Source: Vicugna vicugna (Eukaryota). From it: DNA of 64,000 nucleotides. Shown one piece after another: positions 49,656 through 63,689 of the stretch. The number at the start of each line of letters is the position of its first letter. Position 1 is the first letter of the stretch. The notes under the pieces were generated by a model. It ran no database searches and was not told the origin of the DNA. It was given only the letters and a program-made list of their open reading frames with translations. A program made the position numbers and the translations under genes. The DNA lies in NCBI GenBank assembly GCA_013265495.1, contig MU058153.1:124001-188000 (forward strand), read 5' to 3'.

Positions 49656-51819
49656 AGCTCTACGGGGCTCGTCTTTACTGCTTCGGAATTAGTAAGTGAT
49701 TATAGACTTGAAATTGTAACTTCTACTTTTCTATTAAAAAGAATTTACAGATTTTTCTTTGGGGGTTTCAATATAAATATTCCTAACTCCAGATTTCTTC
49801 TAAATCACCACAATGGGAACAGAAAGGTTGAAAACCACTTAAAAGACCCAAAGTTGTACTATTTCTTTCCCTACATCAGCTTTTCATATACTGTCTGTAA
49901 CTTTGACAGTTATCACCATAATGTGGATATTTTAGTATTAAACTAATCTACCTATTTAAATTCTGATTTCTCTCTTTGTAGCAGAATTCCCTATCATGGC
50001 TTGAGATGCAAATTCAGACTCACGAATTACTGAGAACTCACTTTATGCTTCAGTTCGAAGAATGTTAATATGCATAGCTGGACTTTATTGTTTTCTATCT
50101 CCCGTTCCACCAGTTTTGTTATATAACTCTGCTTCCTTGCTCTTTTTCTTGTGGACTAAATCCCTAGCATTCTGATAACTTGCCGAATCTGAATTCTTTG
50201 TCATTAAATACATTTTATTTTCCAAGTGATATTTCTCCTTCTGGAACGCTGACCTTTGAGACCCCATTGGGCTCATTACTATTGCCCGTGGCAGACACCC
50301 GGTCCTCACCAGGATGCTCTGACCGACACTTCTTTTTTGCTTGACATCAGACATTGCACTTTCTGACATCTACAATTTTGTGAGAATTTCAGGGGCTGCC
50401 TCAAGCCTGCATTTCACTCCCACTGATAGCATCAATGTGAAGCACGCAAGAATGTTTCTCTCTGTATGATTAATGCATTAATCTGTTTGTTAAATACATT
50501 TTTGGTGATGTTTGGTGAACCCAATTAACTTCACATAATTAATGATGCTACCAAAAGTGCAACATTAGATTATTTTTCCAAAATGTCTGTTTATATAGAA
50601 TCTCTTGATCTGTATGTCCCCCTCAATTTAGACCCAACTATTTATTTATTTATTCCTTCAGCAAATACCCATTGAACCCCTTTCCCTTGTGATATATCGT
50701 GAAAGGACAAAAATGGAATAATCAACAGAATATAGCTTGACATATAGTAGTTCCTCTAAAAACATTTATTGAATGAATAAATACATGAGTGAAAGAACAC
50801 TATAATGACATAGATATTGAATAATTGCATATCTTATCAAGAGTTTGCTTGAATTTTTCATGGGAGAAATCCAGAAATCCATCAACTCAAGGACATTGCT
50901 TACTGGCACTGAAAAGGGCAAGAGTTACCTCTGGTTCTAGATTAAGAAGCAAAGGAAATTATTTCTGAGCCCTGTTGAGAGTGAACTTCAACATCTAAGA
51001 TAGAAGAAGTGAATGGAGAATAAGGAAATTATCTACTTGAAGAACCACCAAAACAGAACAGAAAAAAATGGCAAAAACCTGAAACTATCTCACGATGCTA
51101 AGGTGTGCAGAGAGGATGTTAGTGGCTCAGCTGGTGGAGGAATAGTAACTGTAAGAATGTGACAGGAGCTTAGCCAAAAGCAGCCAAGTTCCACAAACCT
51201 TGTTCTCAGCATCCTTCCATAACATATAACCCTCTTTCTTTGCTTTGTATCATTACAGAGAGAATGAGCCATTACTAAGATGGCTGAAGCTATAAAGCCT
51301 AAAATGTAACTAGCATCAGATAAAAGCTCACAAGGCATAGCTGATTAGTGCCCAAGACAGTGGCAGCATAATTCATATTTCAAGCACTTGAGGTCCATTC
51401 TCATCAATGATTCCTTCCATGAGAGAGGCTGAGCCTAGCAATCACCTCTGGACAATGGGGCCAATTGCCTGTGAGCGGATGATTATGAAATACGGTACCC
51501 AACCACTCTAGAATGTAATCAGTAGTCAGGGAGAATATGTAATTCACTATTTACGAGACTTCCTCTGGTTGTATTCACTTCTAAACCCACAACATTTAGC
51601 CTCTGATCCCAGCACTGCTGAAACAGCTTTCATAAAGGGTTGCAATGACTTTCTGTTTGCAAAACTCAAAAGCATCATCTCGGTTCTCATTTCCTTTGGC
51701 CTCTCCGCAGTGTTTGATACCACTGACTATTTCATTTTTCTTAAAACATTTGCTTTCTCTGGCTCCTGTGGCTGCAATGATATTCATCATTCTTTTTGGT
51801 TGCTAAGCATCTGATCCCC

Positions 51820-52230
51820 TTCCTCTATTTGGAGAAGCCTCACTCTTTGGAGGTGGTGCCCTTACTCCATTTTGGAATCTGAAAATGCCACATACTTATT
51901 TTATCAACCTCCTTGGCAGCTAGGGAACAAGAGGATGTCTAATTCCCACACTCATACATACCAGCCCTACACTTTGAATAGAAATCAGTGATGCAAACCA
52001 GCAAAGAATACGTAGACTCGGTCCAGGTCTAGGATAGACAGAGGTGTCCTCTCTGTGTAAGTTCCAGGTGCAGTAACTGCAGAATTTCTGGTGGTGGGAT
52101 CTAGTGTCCTGTGCTGAGATTTTGTTGGGGCAAGCAGCGGTGCCAATGCTCAGCAGAATTTTCATCATGTCATCACTGCAAGCTTGGTATAATTGTCAGC
52201 ATTTTTCATGGCTAGACTTACCAAGTTACA
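51820..52230 (+). mobile_element. LTR33-like (ERVL) LTR fragment
   Basis: 'ctgaaaatgccacatacttattttatcaacctccttggcagctaggg...' recalled as similar to the LTR33 family. Confidence 0.4.
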
Positions 52231-55039
52231 TGCATGCATCACAGAAGTTATCTTAACTCTAGGTCAAGAATGCCAAAACATTCTAACATATTAAAATAAT
52301 TGCATCTAAAAATCTACACAAAGAGAACAAAATTTCTCTCTTTCTTCTTTCTCTGCCCCTCTTCTCTCTCAGTACACATTTCAAGTATATTTTTGTTAAG
52401 GTTTAGAGGATAAATGTGAAATGGTCTATTACGCCTTCATTAATATCTCATGAAAGAAAGGGTTAAGAACCTAGTGTGAGTTATATCCACTGAATCTGAG
52501 AGTCAGAAAAAAAATCTCAAAGTAAATTTAATTCTATCTTAAATCTGATGCTTGAGTCTCCTGTGATGCATCCGAGTCATAGTGGTCTGCCCTCTGCACA
52601 AACACATCAGTTGTTATAACTATAATTCAAATTAAAATTTTAGATCAGAAAGTAACTCAAGAAGCTCTTCCAACACCACACTTTTATGGAAGAAGAAAAC
52701 TAGAGCCAAGAGAGGATAAATGACCAGGATGTGGCTGCACATTCATTAGTGGCTGATCTCTGTCTCTGGGTTCAGTGGTTTCTTCTCTGTATCTCTGTGC
52801 TCACTCTTGGAGCATCCGTAGCTGACCCTGACTATTAGAGCATTTTTCCTTATAATGAGCCCAAATCTATCTCTCCGAAACCTTCTTGGTCCATTGATCC
52901 CTAAAAATGTAAAGACATAAAGAATGAGGTTAATCTCTCTTGGGGAAGATCACTGTTATTAACTTTGCTCAGAGTTTCTGATAAGTCTTCTCCAGGATGA
53001 GAATTTTCCTAATTCCTACGACTTGGCCCTCATTTTTGTCACCCTCTGAGTCACCGTCATAGTTGTTGACGGTCTCCTGGGCACACTCTAGTTGACTTTA
53101 CTAAGGAGTAGCTAGTCGTGTACGTGACGCTCCATTGTTCTCTCACAGGCTTAGGATTTGTCACATTAATTTTCATAAATAGTGAAAATATCTGTGTCTG
53201 AGGTGACTCATAAAGTCTTGGAAAGAATCTTGGTATGTTGGACGTAGTTTGGTAAATATAGCGTTTCGAGATCTGTCTCTGAAGGAAGATAGAGCACGCC
53301 GTCCTTACAAAGTACCAGCTGCCCGAGGCACCAGAAATCCTTTTCCAGCAACTCGCAGACTCTAGGGAAGTCATTTAAACCCTTTGGGCCCGTGTTTGAA
53401 CATGTGTAAAATAAGCCATATGACTTAAGTGATCGCTAAGGAGTTAGCAAACTTGCTCTAGTGGAAAGAACGAGAGGGCTTTGATTCTGAGGATTCGATC
53501 CACCCACAAGTTAGCTCTGTTACGCAGCAGCTGGGTGAATTTAGGCCAGTAACTCATAGAGCTAGCCTCAGTTTCTTCCTCTTTAAAATGGATATATGAA
53601 TAGGGGAAGCTGATGAGAAGAAAGTTACTGGACTTCTCTGGCGCTTTAGATTATAATAAACAGAAAACATCTCTTTTCAATGTTATTCCACACTCCACAT
53701 CCCCTACTCAACTACGGCATTTTGAAAGTCAGAGCCTCCACCTCGTGTAAAATAACTGAGGTCCTGGTTTTATGAAAAGACATCCTATTTTTTCTCCCCC
53801 TCACAGGTATTCTGTTCTTCCCTGGTTTAATTAGTCCTTGATCAGAACTGATGGAATTGTATATCATGAAGCATTTCAGCCAGCTGGGAAAGAGACTCCC
53901 TTGAGCTGCTGTCATGAGAAGCCAGTGACCAAGACTTCTCAACAGGATCTCTTCCAGTAATGAGCTGTTTCTAATTTTATCCACATCACAGGCACTCATC
54001 CCATTAGCTGGTTTTGAAGAGCAGGTTGGGACACCAAAACCCACCACGTGTGATTACTGATTTTTCTAAAAGCTTCATCTGGGGATTATCAGCCCAGTAA
54101 GTAGCAAGCAGACAAAATGTGGGATGTCTGTCTTCAGTGCAACATCCAGATGACCTAGCTTGTGGCAGATTCAGTCAGCTCAAAGATGGTGTTTCCGTAT
54201 TTTCTTTTTTAACAACCCAAAGCAACCTCCTCCCAACCAAATTAGCTGCAGCCCAGGAGAATGGTCCATGAATTATTTACCAAAAAGTTCATGCTCCTCA
54301 CCCATCTTTTTCTTCAGCTGTGACTTGTCATGCTCCTTCTAGAAGTCAGAGGATGAGCAAGTTTTAACAATTTTGTGTAATAATGTCCTCCAGGGATGTC
54401 TTTTTTGTCTTTTTTTTTCCCTGAGGAAATTGACCAGACAGCTAAAACTTGGCCAAAATGTTGTGTTACTGACGTGTAGTTGCAAGAAGATCTTTAATAA
54501 GGCAATAGTTTGATGCCTAGTGCAATGATGTATTTTGTGGGTGGTTTTTCTTTGAGATAAAAATAAAAATTAAAAAAGAAATTTATGATGAAGATTAAGG
54601 TCTGGTGCACATTACAAAGCAACGATTCTTCAGAAACCACAATCAACTGAAAATGTGAACAATGATTCATTCAGTGGGGACTATGTGCTGGCACCATGCT
54701 AGGTGCTAGGTGTGGTACATGTTACTTACCCGATCTTCCCAACTGTGACCTCACAGGCAAGCACTTTCTATCTCTATTTTAAAGACCATGGAATTATATC
54801 AGGGAGCTTATCCAATATCTCAACAGGGCCTGGTAGTTTACAAGACACTTACAAACAAATGATCAACCTCAATTCTTTTGCATAGTCTTTAATAAAGGCT
54901 TAAATGGCCTCATTTTATAAATGAGCAAAGAAACTGAAGGATGTTTGGCCTTGGATAGCAAGACTCTTTGTCTAGGCATCTCTGATGCAATAGTTTTAAT
55001 GCCCATTTGATGAGAAACTATCATTTATAACAAATTGCT

Positions 55040-55225
55040 CAAAGTCACTTATTCTGTTGATCTTTTCAAGCAATCATGAAATGATGATATTATTTCCATT
55101 TTATACACAAGGAAACTGAGTCTTACGGAGGTTAAATATTTTGCTCAAAGTTATCTCACTAACTTGTGGTGGAACCAGAATTCCAGTTCAGGTTAGCTGG
55201 ACTCAGTGCCTATGACCCTTCTCTA
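55040..55225 (-). mobile_element. MIR SINE
   Basis: 'attatttccattttatacacaaggaaactgagtcttacggaggttaaatattttgctcaaag'. Confidence 0.8.
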
Positions 55226-56734
55226 AAAATCCTTTGTACCACAGTCTGGGTAATGATGCACTCCTTGGCGTCACCCGTGACTTATAATCCTCTTAAAGTT
55301 AATGACACTCTTATTTTAGTGGTGTGCGTCTTTCTCATTCTCCTTAAGTATAGAAGGGCGACAATATTAACGTCCACTGTTTAGGGCTATGGTGAGGGTT
55401 AAATGAATTCATATGCCTGAAACACATAACAGAGGCTGGCAGGCACAGCTACAGAATGAAGGCTAGCTACCCTTTTACCCTTAACTATTCTTGTTGTGTT
55501 TACTTCTTTCTAAGGCAACATGGGCTGTGATAAAAAGTCTCATGATCTAAATCTCTTTCTTGACTCTGGCGAGAACTGCTTTTGGTGTGTGTGTATCATC
55601 TGCGGTATCCAAGCCCATGACATCCCGTGGACAAAGGCTGGGATTGTGAACCACCTCCTTCTGTAGGATTCCCCAGCAGCACAAAGCCTAAGACTTCTCC
55701 AGGTGGCATCACCTGCTGCTCTTCTTTTCCCCAGCTCTTCAAGAGTGTCCAGCTGTCATGGTGACACTGACAAACATTGGCAGGCTTGTGGGCTCGCCTG
55801 GGAGTCTCTGTGGCCGCACGAGCTCCACCGTTAATCATCATGGGGTGAGTGCTCGGTGCTGGCTATTGTCCGCCAGTTACAAGTCAGACAGGCCCATGCC
55901 TCACCGCCAGCCATTCCCTGGAGTCTGCAAACTGACACACCAGCACAGAAGACCTCTCTCTTGCACAGGATGATCAAGCCTAAGGCCCTAACTATCACAT
56001 TTGGAATCTTCAGGCCGTCAGTGGTTGAACTTATTTTTTCCTGCTCACTCCAGGGCTTTAACCTGCCTGTCACATGCATCTGCCTCTGATGTTTTCACTT
56101 CAGTGTCAGGAAGATGCTTCAGGGAGAGCTGAGTCAAGCTGCGGGGAAGGAGCATGAGGCTTCAGGATGGTAAGAGTCAAGATGGATTCTCATTTTCCCC
56201 TGGATGGAGCAGGTTTTGCTCTTAAAACCATGGAGAACCCTGTCTAAACAAGTTATTGTCGATTCGTCTGGAACTTGATGCATGACGACCTAAGTAAGCA
56301 TGAAGTGTCAAATCATGTAGGTCCAAATCGAAAGAAAGTCTAGTATCTCCACTCCAGATAGTTGGAAAAGCTTCCCATGACATTTTAATCCATGCTGTGC
56401 ACTTACTCTTTCTACCTGCACACCACGTGGGAAGTGAGTGAGGTTGAGCGTAGACCAACCCGAATTTGAATCTCATTTCTACCACTCACAACACTGCAAC
56501 CCTGGGTCATATATGTTAGTCCTTTAAGCCTCTTTCTGATTTCACTCTTCTTGCAGTTCATAGAGCCAATCACTGTCTGAAATTATCTTGTTTTACTAAT
56601 GGGGTTGCTTAAGCTTGCTTATGCTTTTCCCCACTTGGGCATCTCTTTACGTTCCAGGTGTTCAGGGCAGCACCTGGTACTGATGAGCAACAAATTAAAA
56701 AAAAAAAAAACTGTGAATGGGCTATAGAGCTGCA

Positions 56735-57210
56735 GGTGTCTCTTACGGCTGTTGTAACAAATCTCCACAAAGCTGGGAGCTTAACGACAACCCAGATTTA
56801 TTTTGTTCGAGTTCTGCAGGCCAAGAGACCAAAGTCAGTATCACTGAGCCAAAATCAAGCTAGAGGCAGGGTCATGCTTAATCTGAGCCTTTAGGGGAAA
56901 TTTATTCATTGTCTTTTTCAGCGTTTTGTGGCCGCTGGCTTTCCTTGGCTTGTCGCCACCTCATTCTCATCTCGGCCTCCATGGTCACATTGCCTTCTCC
57001 TCCGCTGTCTGTGCCAGATCTCCCTCCTATAAAGACACATGTGATTGCATGTAGGGCTTGCCTGCAGACTCCAACATAATCCCCTTGTCTCAAGATCCTT
57101 AACATAGTCATTTCTGCAAAGCAATTATTAGCCAGGTGAGGCAGTGTTCACAGATTCCAGGAACTGGGATGTAAATGCCTTTGGGGGAGGGGCATGGTCA
57201 GTTTACTACA
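56735..57210 (-). mobile_element. MLT1B/C-like solo LTR
   Basis: 'ggctgttgtaacaaatctccacaaagctgggagcttaac...tttatt...gttctgcaggcc...tataaagacacatgtgattgcat...tctcaagatccttaac...tttactaca'. Confidence 0.85.
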
Positions 57211-57299
57211 ATGATTGTGTACTTTTCATTCATTTTTAGCAGCCCATCCTTCTATCCTTTCAACCCTTCTCTTCTTCTGACTTTCATGCTGTTTATCAG

Positions 57300-57397
57300 T
57301 ATTTATCACCTCTCTTCTTTCCTACCCTCCTTTTTCCTTCCCTTTGTCCTTCCTTTCCTCTTCTTTTCTTTCTTCCTTCTTTCTTTCTTTTTTTCCT
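57300..57397. repeat. CT-rich low-complexity tract
   Basis: (CTTT/CCTT)-type pyrimidine run. Confidence 0.8.
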
Positions 57398-58979
57398 TAC
57401 AGGAACCACTGAAATTTAAGCAATCAACTTAAGGCCGTCTTTGTTCTCAGGACTTTCCCAAATGAAACCATGTGCAATATGTCCAAGACAGAGCCCTCAC
57501 CAAATGTGGGGCTGTTATGTGAACCTCCTTTTATTTCTTTTGACTTTAGGGCTATAATTACCATTTGCTTTTGGCCTTTCACAGACCTCCTCTTAATAAT
57601 GCTCAGTGAATCCATATGAAATTATCAAGGACAATCTGTGTTTTGGTGAAGAGGGCCAAAATAATTATAACACTAATCTAGGATGCCAATTGCTAGGTAA
57701 TTATTCAGCTACCACTGATAATGAACCTGTATTACCTGTATGATCAACTGGCTAATGTTTTCAATTAGAACCTGATGTAGGTTCTTAATGTCCTTGAAAG
57801 CTAAAACAAAATACCCAAAAACCCAGTTACTCCAAAGCATCTTTATTAATATATAATTGACGAATCATATTGGATTTCACTCATAGGACGCCTGGTCATT
57901 TGGATGGCAGGTGTCATTTGGATTCAATGAATTTGGTACTATTTTAATCTTGGGTAAACACACCACAGAAGCAGAATATAATCAGGTCAGCACTCTATGG
58001 TAAAGTCTGAACTATTTTTTACATTCAGAATGCTGAAGCATTTTCCTCTTACAGAATGGTGGCAAGGAACTCCTACAGAGAAATCTGGTCCCAGTATGGG
58101 TGTTGACAACAAGTCTGTGGGTCCTCCGGCCAGAATTTCTGGGAAGGTGACATCATTTGATGGCATTTAATTAAGCCTGGAAAAGTCTCTGAAAGGCAGC
58201 TTAATGTCACTCAGCAAGATGATGCTGAGTTGGATTTGGCTGCCTAAACATGGGGCTTAAAATGAAAGTGCTAATCAAGCATCTTTCAGGTAAGTACCTC
58301 CTTCCCCAGTTTGTCTGTGGGGAGATAGAACTGTAAAAAGGAATAAAAAAAATAAAAAATAAAAAATAAACTGAAGAACTCTTGTTCCTTGATGAGATGT
58401 CAGGGGCCCTGAAGCTACTCTTTTAATCATCCAGTGGACTTATTTCCATTATAAGGGACTTACTTGGCAACAGTAAGCAGTGAGAATGAGCAGCATGAAA
58501 AATAAACTGTAGCCCAAGGCAGTTTCATTGAACACAGAAGAGATGAAGGCTTTGGGTTTGCTGGTACGGAACTCTGAGAAGGATGGGGCAGCCATCTTTT
58601 AGCTGGTCCCTGACTGAGCCTTTGGTCAGAGGGACAAGAGGGAATGCATCATTAAGGTCACTGATGCTTCTAAGGAAAATGTGAGACTAAGGTCATTATC
58701 CAGGCACTTAAGGCCAATTTTCCTCTTGGATAATGTAAATTAAAGCTATTTAATTTTATTTTCATCTCTGACCATACATTTTAAATAATATCTAGCACAG
58801 CAAGTGAAAAATAATAGTATCTAGCATGGTATGTGGAAAAACAAAACAAATGACATTAATGGCATAATTTATAAGGCTACCATTTAAACATGTCTGAATT
58901 CCAGACACAGAACTCTGGACCAAGAAACGTGATTCTGTGCATTTCGCACAACCTCTATGAGCCCCAGTTTCCCAGACAT

Positions 58980-59240
58980 GGATTCCAGAGCTGGACCAGA
59001 AGTTCAAATCCCCAGCTCTGCCTCGTACCGACTGTGTGATGAATTGTCCAACTGTGTAGTTTCCTGCCTTATATAATGTAGATGACAGCGGTTCCAATCT
59101 CACCAGTTACTGTAGGAAGTAAATCAGTTAACATGTAAGAAGCTAATACGTGCGATCCAGTTAGAAAAAGAGTCTCCATAATTAAGTGCTTAATAAAGGT
59201 CAGCGGTTGCTGTCATTCGTGTTGCTATTATTATTATTAT
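58980..59240 (+). mobile_element. MIR SINE
   Basis: 'gttcaaatccccagctctgcc...ctgtgtga...agtttcc...gtgcttaataaagg...attattattatt'. Confidence 0.7.
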
Positions 59241-60849
59241 TTCCTCATCTGTCAAAGAGAGAAAAATTCCTGCCTCCCGGAAACGTGACATAGTGGAAAC
59301 ACTGATCTGAATATCACAGAGTAAGGGCTTGATTCAAGAGATAGACTGTACTTACCGACAAATGGGTACCTTGTCCCTCTCCTAGTATGCATCATTCTAC
59401 TGGCCCTGCTGTCAAAGTCAATGCCCCGAGAAAGTATAACTCATTCTATGGCCAGTGGTATAGGTACTGCTTTTCTAGCTCTCTCTTCCCTGCCCAAAAG
59501 AGTTTTTGCATATAAGCTTTTCAGAAAAGTCAATTGAAACAGTGATTTAGAGTCACCTCAAAATGCCTAAAGCCCTAAGACTATGTATTATGATTTGTAT
59601 GTCTACATTTTAAGTTGCGGTTGAGGAGAGAGAAGATTTGGACAAAGACTTCCAGTCCTCCTCCCAGGAGCTCTAACTCAAAGTCTACACCACAACTCCC
59701 ATTCGCCCTTCAGAGTAGTCACTCAAGAACTGGAAAAGCAGACTGGAGAGCAGAGCTGGACAGAGGTGATCTATCCCTCTCTGTCTGCAATAGTCCAAAA
59801 AACACGATGACTTCTCCAGTCCTCAGGACTGGTTCCAAAAGAGGCACCAAATAGCTGCAGAGATGCAGAACAGATTCCAACTAAGCTCAGCCTGGATGAA
59901 TCAGAGAAGACACGATGTTTGATCTAGTCTTGACTACATTCAAGTTCAGAAACGAGGGAGGAAGTCAACATTGAGTATGAGAACAACCTATTCAAAGTGC
60001 AAAGAGTACAATGATGCTTGTCTTTATTCTGCTTTGTTCTTGGAGAACGCACTGTCATTATATTTTTAAACGAAGTGGGAAGGAACGACACAGGCAGATG
60101 TTCCAGGAAGGAAGTCCTGCTAGATTGTACAGATGTCATTGAATTATATGGATGCCTTGGGAAATGATTTTACACAGCCCCACTCTCAAGGCACTTACCT
60201 TCTAACACTGAATATAGACAAAGAAGTAACGACAATTATGAGTGCTGGGTGTTGAAAGAAAGAAAAAACACAGCATAACAAGAGAGCCAAACTGAGCCTA
60301 TAAATCAGGCAAAGCTTTTCTGAAATAATCCATTTAAATGGAGCCTTGACTAGAGAGAAAAGTTAAAGAAAACCTTGGCTCCTATTGATCAGCGAGGATG
60401 ACATTTCGATAAACTTAGTCACAACTTAGGCATTATGTATGTGCCATGAACATCATGTAGGTGTACATACACCCACTTTTTTTAAATTTGAAAAGTAAAT
60501 CCCACGTGATAAATCTAATTTTGGTGAGGAAAGCTCTAAAAATGAGGCATCCATGGAGAGCTAAAATTTTAAAGTGAACCTTACTGATGTGCTGATTATA
60601 AATTTCTGGAATAAGTCTCTAAAATTTCTTCCGACACTAAAAATTTACTCCTTACTTAGTCCACAAAAAGCAATAACCATTTATATGCATTTATATATCA
60701 TTTTATAGTCGATGCCTCTATTTCTTTTGCTCGATTACTTCTTAAAATGCTCTCACTGTTAGTACACATACAAATCCCTGTTCAGTTTTAAGAAATGGCC
60801 CACAATTGTACATTTCAACAAATGGAGACAATATAGCAGAATAATTCAG

Positions 60850-61030
60850 CTATAAATCACCCTAGAGTCAGACTGCATGGGTTTGAATCCAGGCTCAGAC
60901 ACATTGTCACAAAGTCTTTTAAGCCTCAGTTTCCTCATCTATATAAGGGGTCAAACATATAGTGAACAGCGGAAGAATCCATGTAAGCTCTTCATTTATT
61001 GCCTGGCAGATAGTTAGCAGTTATTATTCA
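60850..61030 (+). mobile_element. MIR SINE
   Basis: 'ctagagtcagactgcatgggtttgaatccaggctc...aagcctcagtttcctcatctataagggg'. Confidence 0.8.
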
Positions 61031-62569
61031 ATCCCCATACCAACTCTGAGCTTCATATATCTCTTTCCTCTACAGAGGAGGAAATTGAAAGCCATAACTT
61101 GTTCAAGTTCAGAAAACTTTCCAAGGTCACAGAGTACAGGAAGAGAGATGCAAAATTAGATCTTCTGAGTTCATGTATCAGTTCTTTCTTAGAAGAACGG
61201 CCCTGCCTCTCATAGCATTCTGATGGTGTCTGATAAGACCAGGCAACAGGAATGTCTCTAGTGTGGTTCTAGCTGCACGTTCCTCATTCCGCAGCACTTT
61301 ATCAAATGGGATGGCAAGATGAAGAATCTGTTTTTGTATCCTGAAATATAAAAACCTCCATGTTTTTAGCCACAACCTGATACAGTAGTATTCCTGGATC
61401 TACTATAAGGTGTGTCCAAATAATGTGTTACTGACCATAGGGTAGGAAAGTTTGTGAATATCACACAGTTTTTAAAGGAAGCAGATTCAGGGTCATCCAC
61501 ATAACCTCTCTTTCCCTCATTTGCATTCAGATATACTTTCTTGAGTGGTTGCAAAAGGGGTGATGTTTGAGCTAACTTGGGAATTGCAAATGAGTGCCAC
61601 AGGTACAATGTCAGCTGTCAGGTGTGTCTGATAAAGAAAAAAATAATTAAACACAGCTTCTTTCAAAGATGGTTAAGAGTGGCGCCAACCTCTTAGCAGC
61701 TCAGCCTACCACCCAGGAAGTACTTTTCAGCACTTTTATTCGCTCTGTGGGATTAGTGCCCCCTTTTCATCTTGGCTGGGTTAATGGGAACCCTCAGAGA
61801 AGCCACAGCCCGGGGCTGCTTACTCTGATCAAGCTGCTACTTCAGTCTCCGAGAATGATGTCCTTGTCAAAGCTCGGCTAGCTGGGCCCTCCCGGAGGAC
61901 TCGTAATCCTGGCACCCCTCGGCTCCTTGCAAGCCTGACCCGCAATGGCAGAAGCCTCTGGAAAAGCAGCAGGGTTGGAAGGGGAGGGAAACAGAGTGTC
62001 ATACAATATGCATCAACTCAACTCCTTGAAATCCTGCTCACAGGTTTCTAGAACGAGATTGAAGTGACAACGAGGAGGCTGCGCTGACATGTATCCAGGA
62101 GGTGCCTTGATGGTGACTGACAACTTGTTTTGCGGAGGCTTAATTGAACCCGATGGCCTCATAAAAGAAAGGCAAATGCTCCAAGCCAAAGCGAAAGGAA
62201 GTGGCTGTTGGGCTTACTGTCTTCATTTCTCCAACAGTGGCCGACAAATTGCCATTTTACAGGGGCACCTCCTGCCAACCAGTTTCCTAGGTTTTGCAGT
62301 TCCTATAATTAATCCCTGATCCTCGAACCTCTGGCATTTACTCTCCAAGGTTCTCTGCAAGAGGCAGATGATGTTAAATAAGGCAATAAGGCCAGGGGTG
62401 TGGACTGCAGCTGCTTAGAGAGCCTATGCACACAGAATGACCCAGATCCTTAAGGCATTCTACCTTCCTGAACTGGAGCCTTCCTGCAGGGGGAACTCTT
62501 GGAAATGAGAAGCCTGCAGGAAAATCTGGGAGTAATCCTTTTCTCTCCAAGAATAGCTACCCAATGTTT

Positions 62570-62785
62570 ATTAAATAAGTTCTGGAATTGTGTCATAAGT
62601 GCTTTAAATAAATGATCTTTACTCTCCATCACAAAACTGGAACATGATCATTCTTGTTCCCATTTTAGAGATGAGGATACTCAGACATAGTTTAGATACC
62701 CAAGGATATTTACCCAAGGAGAGTGAACAATGGAATGGGGACTTGAATCCATATCTGTTTGAGTTCTAAAACTGTGAAATTTTTT
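62570..62785 (-). mobile_element. MIR SINE
   Basis: 'cccattttagagatgaggatactcag...cccaagg...gggacttgaatccatatctgtttgagttctaaa'. Confidence 0.7.
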
Positions 62786-63689
62786 CTATAGTAAACTGAC
62801 AACATTAATGAAGTATTTGTTCTGGGCTGAGGATTCTGAGAACGAGTGTGAAGAGGGACTCAGAGATCCAGAGGTGATGTCAACATTATAATAGCTGTAA
62901 GGATGATGGTGAGGATGAGGATGAGGATAAGGACCATGACAGTAGCATGCTATTTTGAGACAGCAACTCACCTTTGTTTGTTTGATGCTTCCTGAGTTTC
63001 TCTTTCCTTTGCCCGTGCTACAGCAGAGAGTAACTCCTTGCTTTGTCCTCAGTCAAAGAAGGCTGCAGTGCTAAACCTAAAAGCAAGTTTGACTTTTAAA
63101 AACCAAGGACCAGAAAGGGGAAAGGATTTAGGATAAGAGATAAAATGTCTTTAGATAGAAATGGGGAAGGAGCAATGACACCCACTGATATAAGGAAGGG
63201 AGAGAAGAGAGAAAGTGGCCACTGCTTCAGGATGGCATGATAGTGAGGGTGGTGGGGTGGTGGAGGTGCGGCAGGGAGACCCCAGAAAGAAAATGACCAC
63301 TTGGGAAACTTAGGTGGTTGGAAAATAGGCAGCCTTGAAAAGAGTTCCATATACTGGAGAGTGACATGAACATTGTAGAGAGTAAAGAGTCATACAAATG
63401 GAAGAGAGCATGTCTCAGTGACAAACGAATCATCCATGACCTGGCACTGGATGAGAGACCTCCCTGACCTGCCCAACTCCTTGACAGCCATTGAGGTTTG
63501 AAGCCACAGCACAACCCTGGAGGAAGGTCACGCACAGTCAGCCTCAGCTCTGCAGGTGAGGTCTAGAAAATAAAAGGCTATTGTATTATGCCTTTGGGTT
63601 AAAAAAGAAAAGAAAAGAAAAGAAAAATGGAATTTTGTGCATCTTGTACATCTGAGTGTGTAGACGAAGACTCATACTTGCTTAAAAAA

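Noticed and set aside
57385..57420. Strong-looking acceptor 'ttttccttacag'
   Set aside because: The pyrimidine tract is a CT-rich simple repeat and no partner donor is evident
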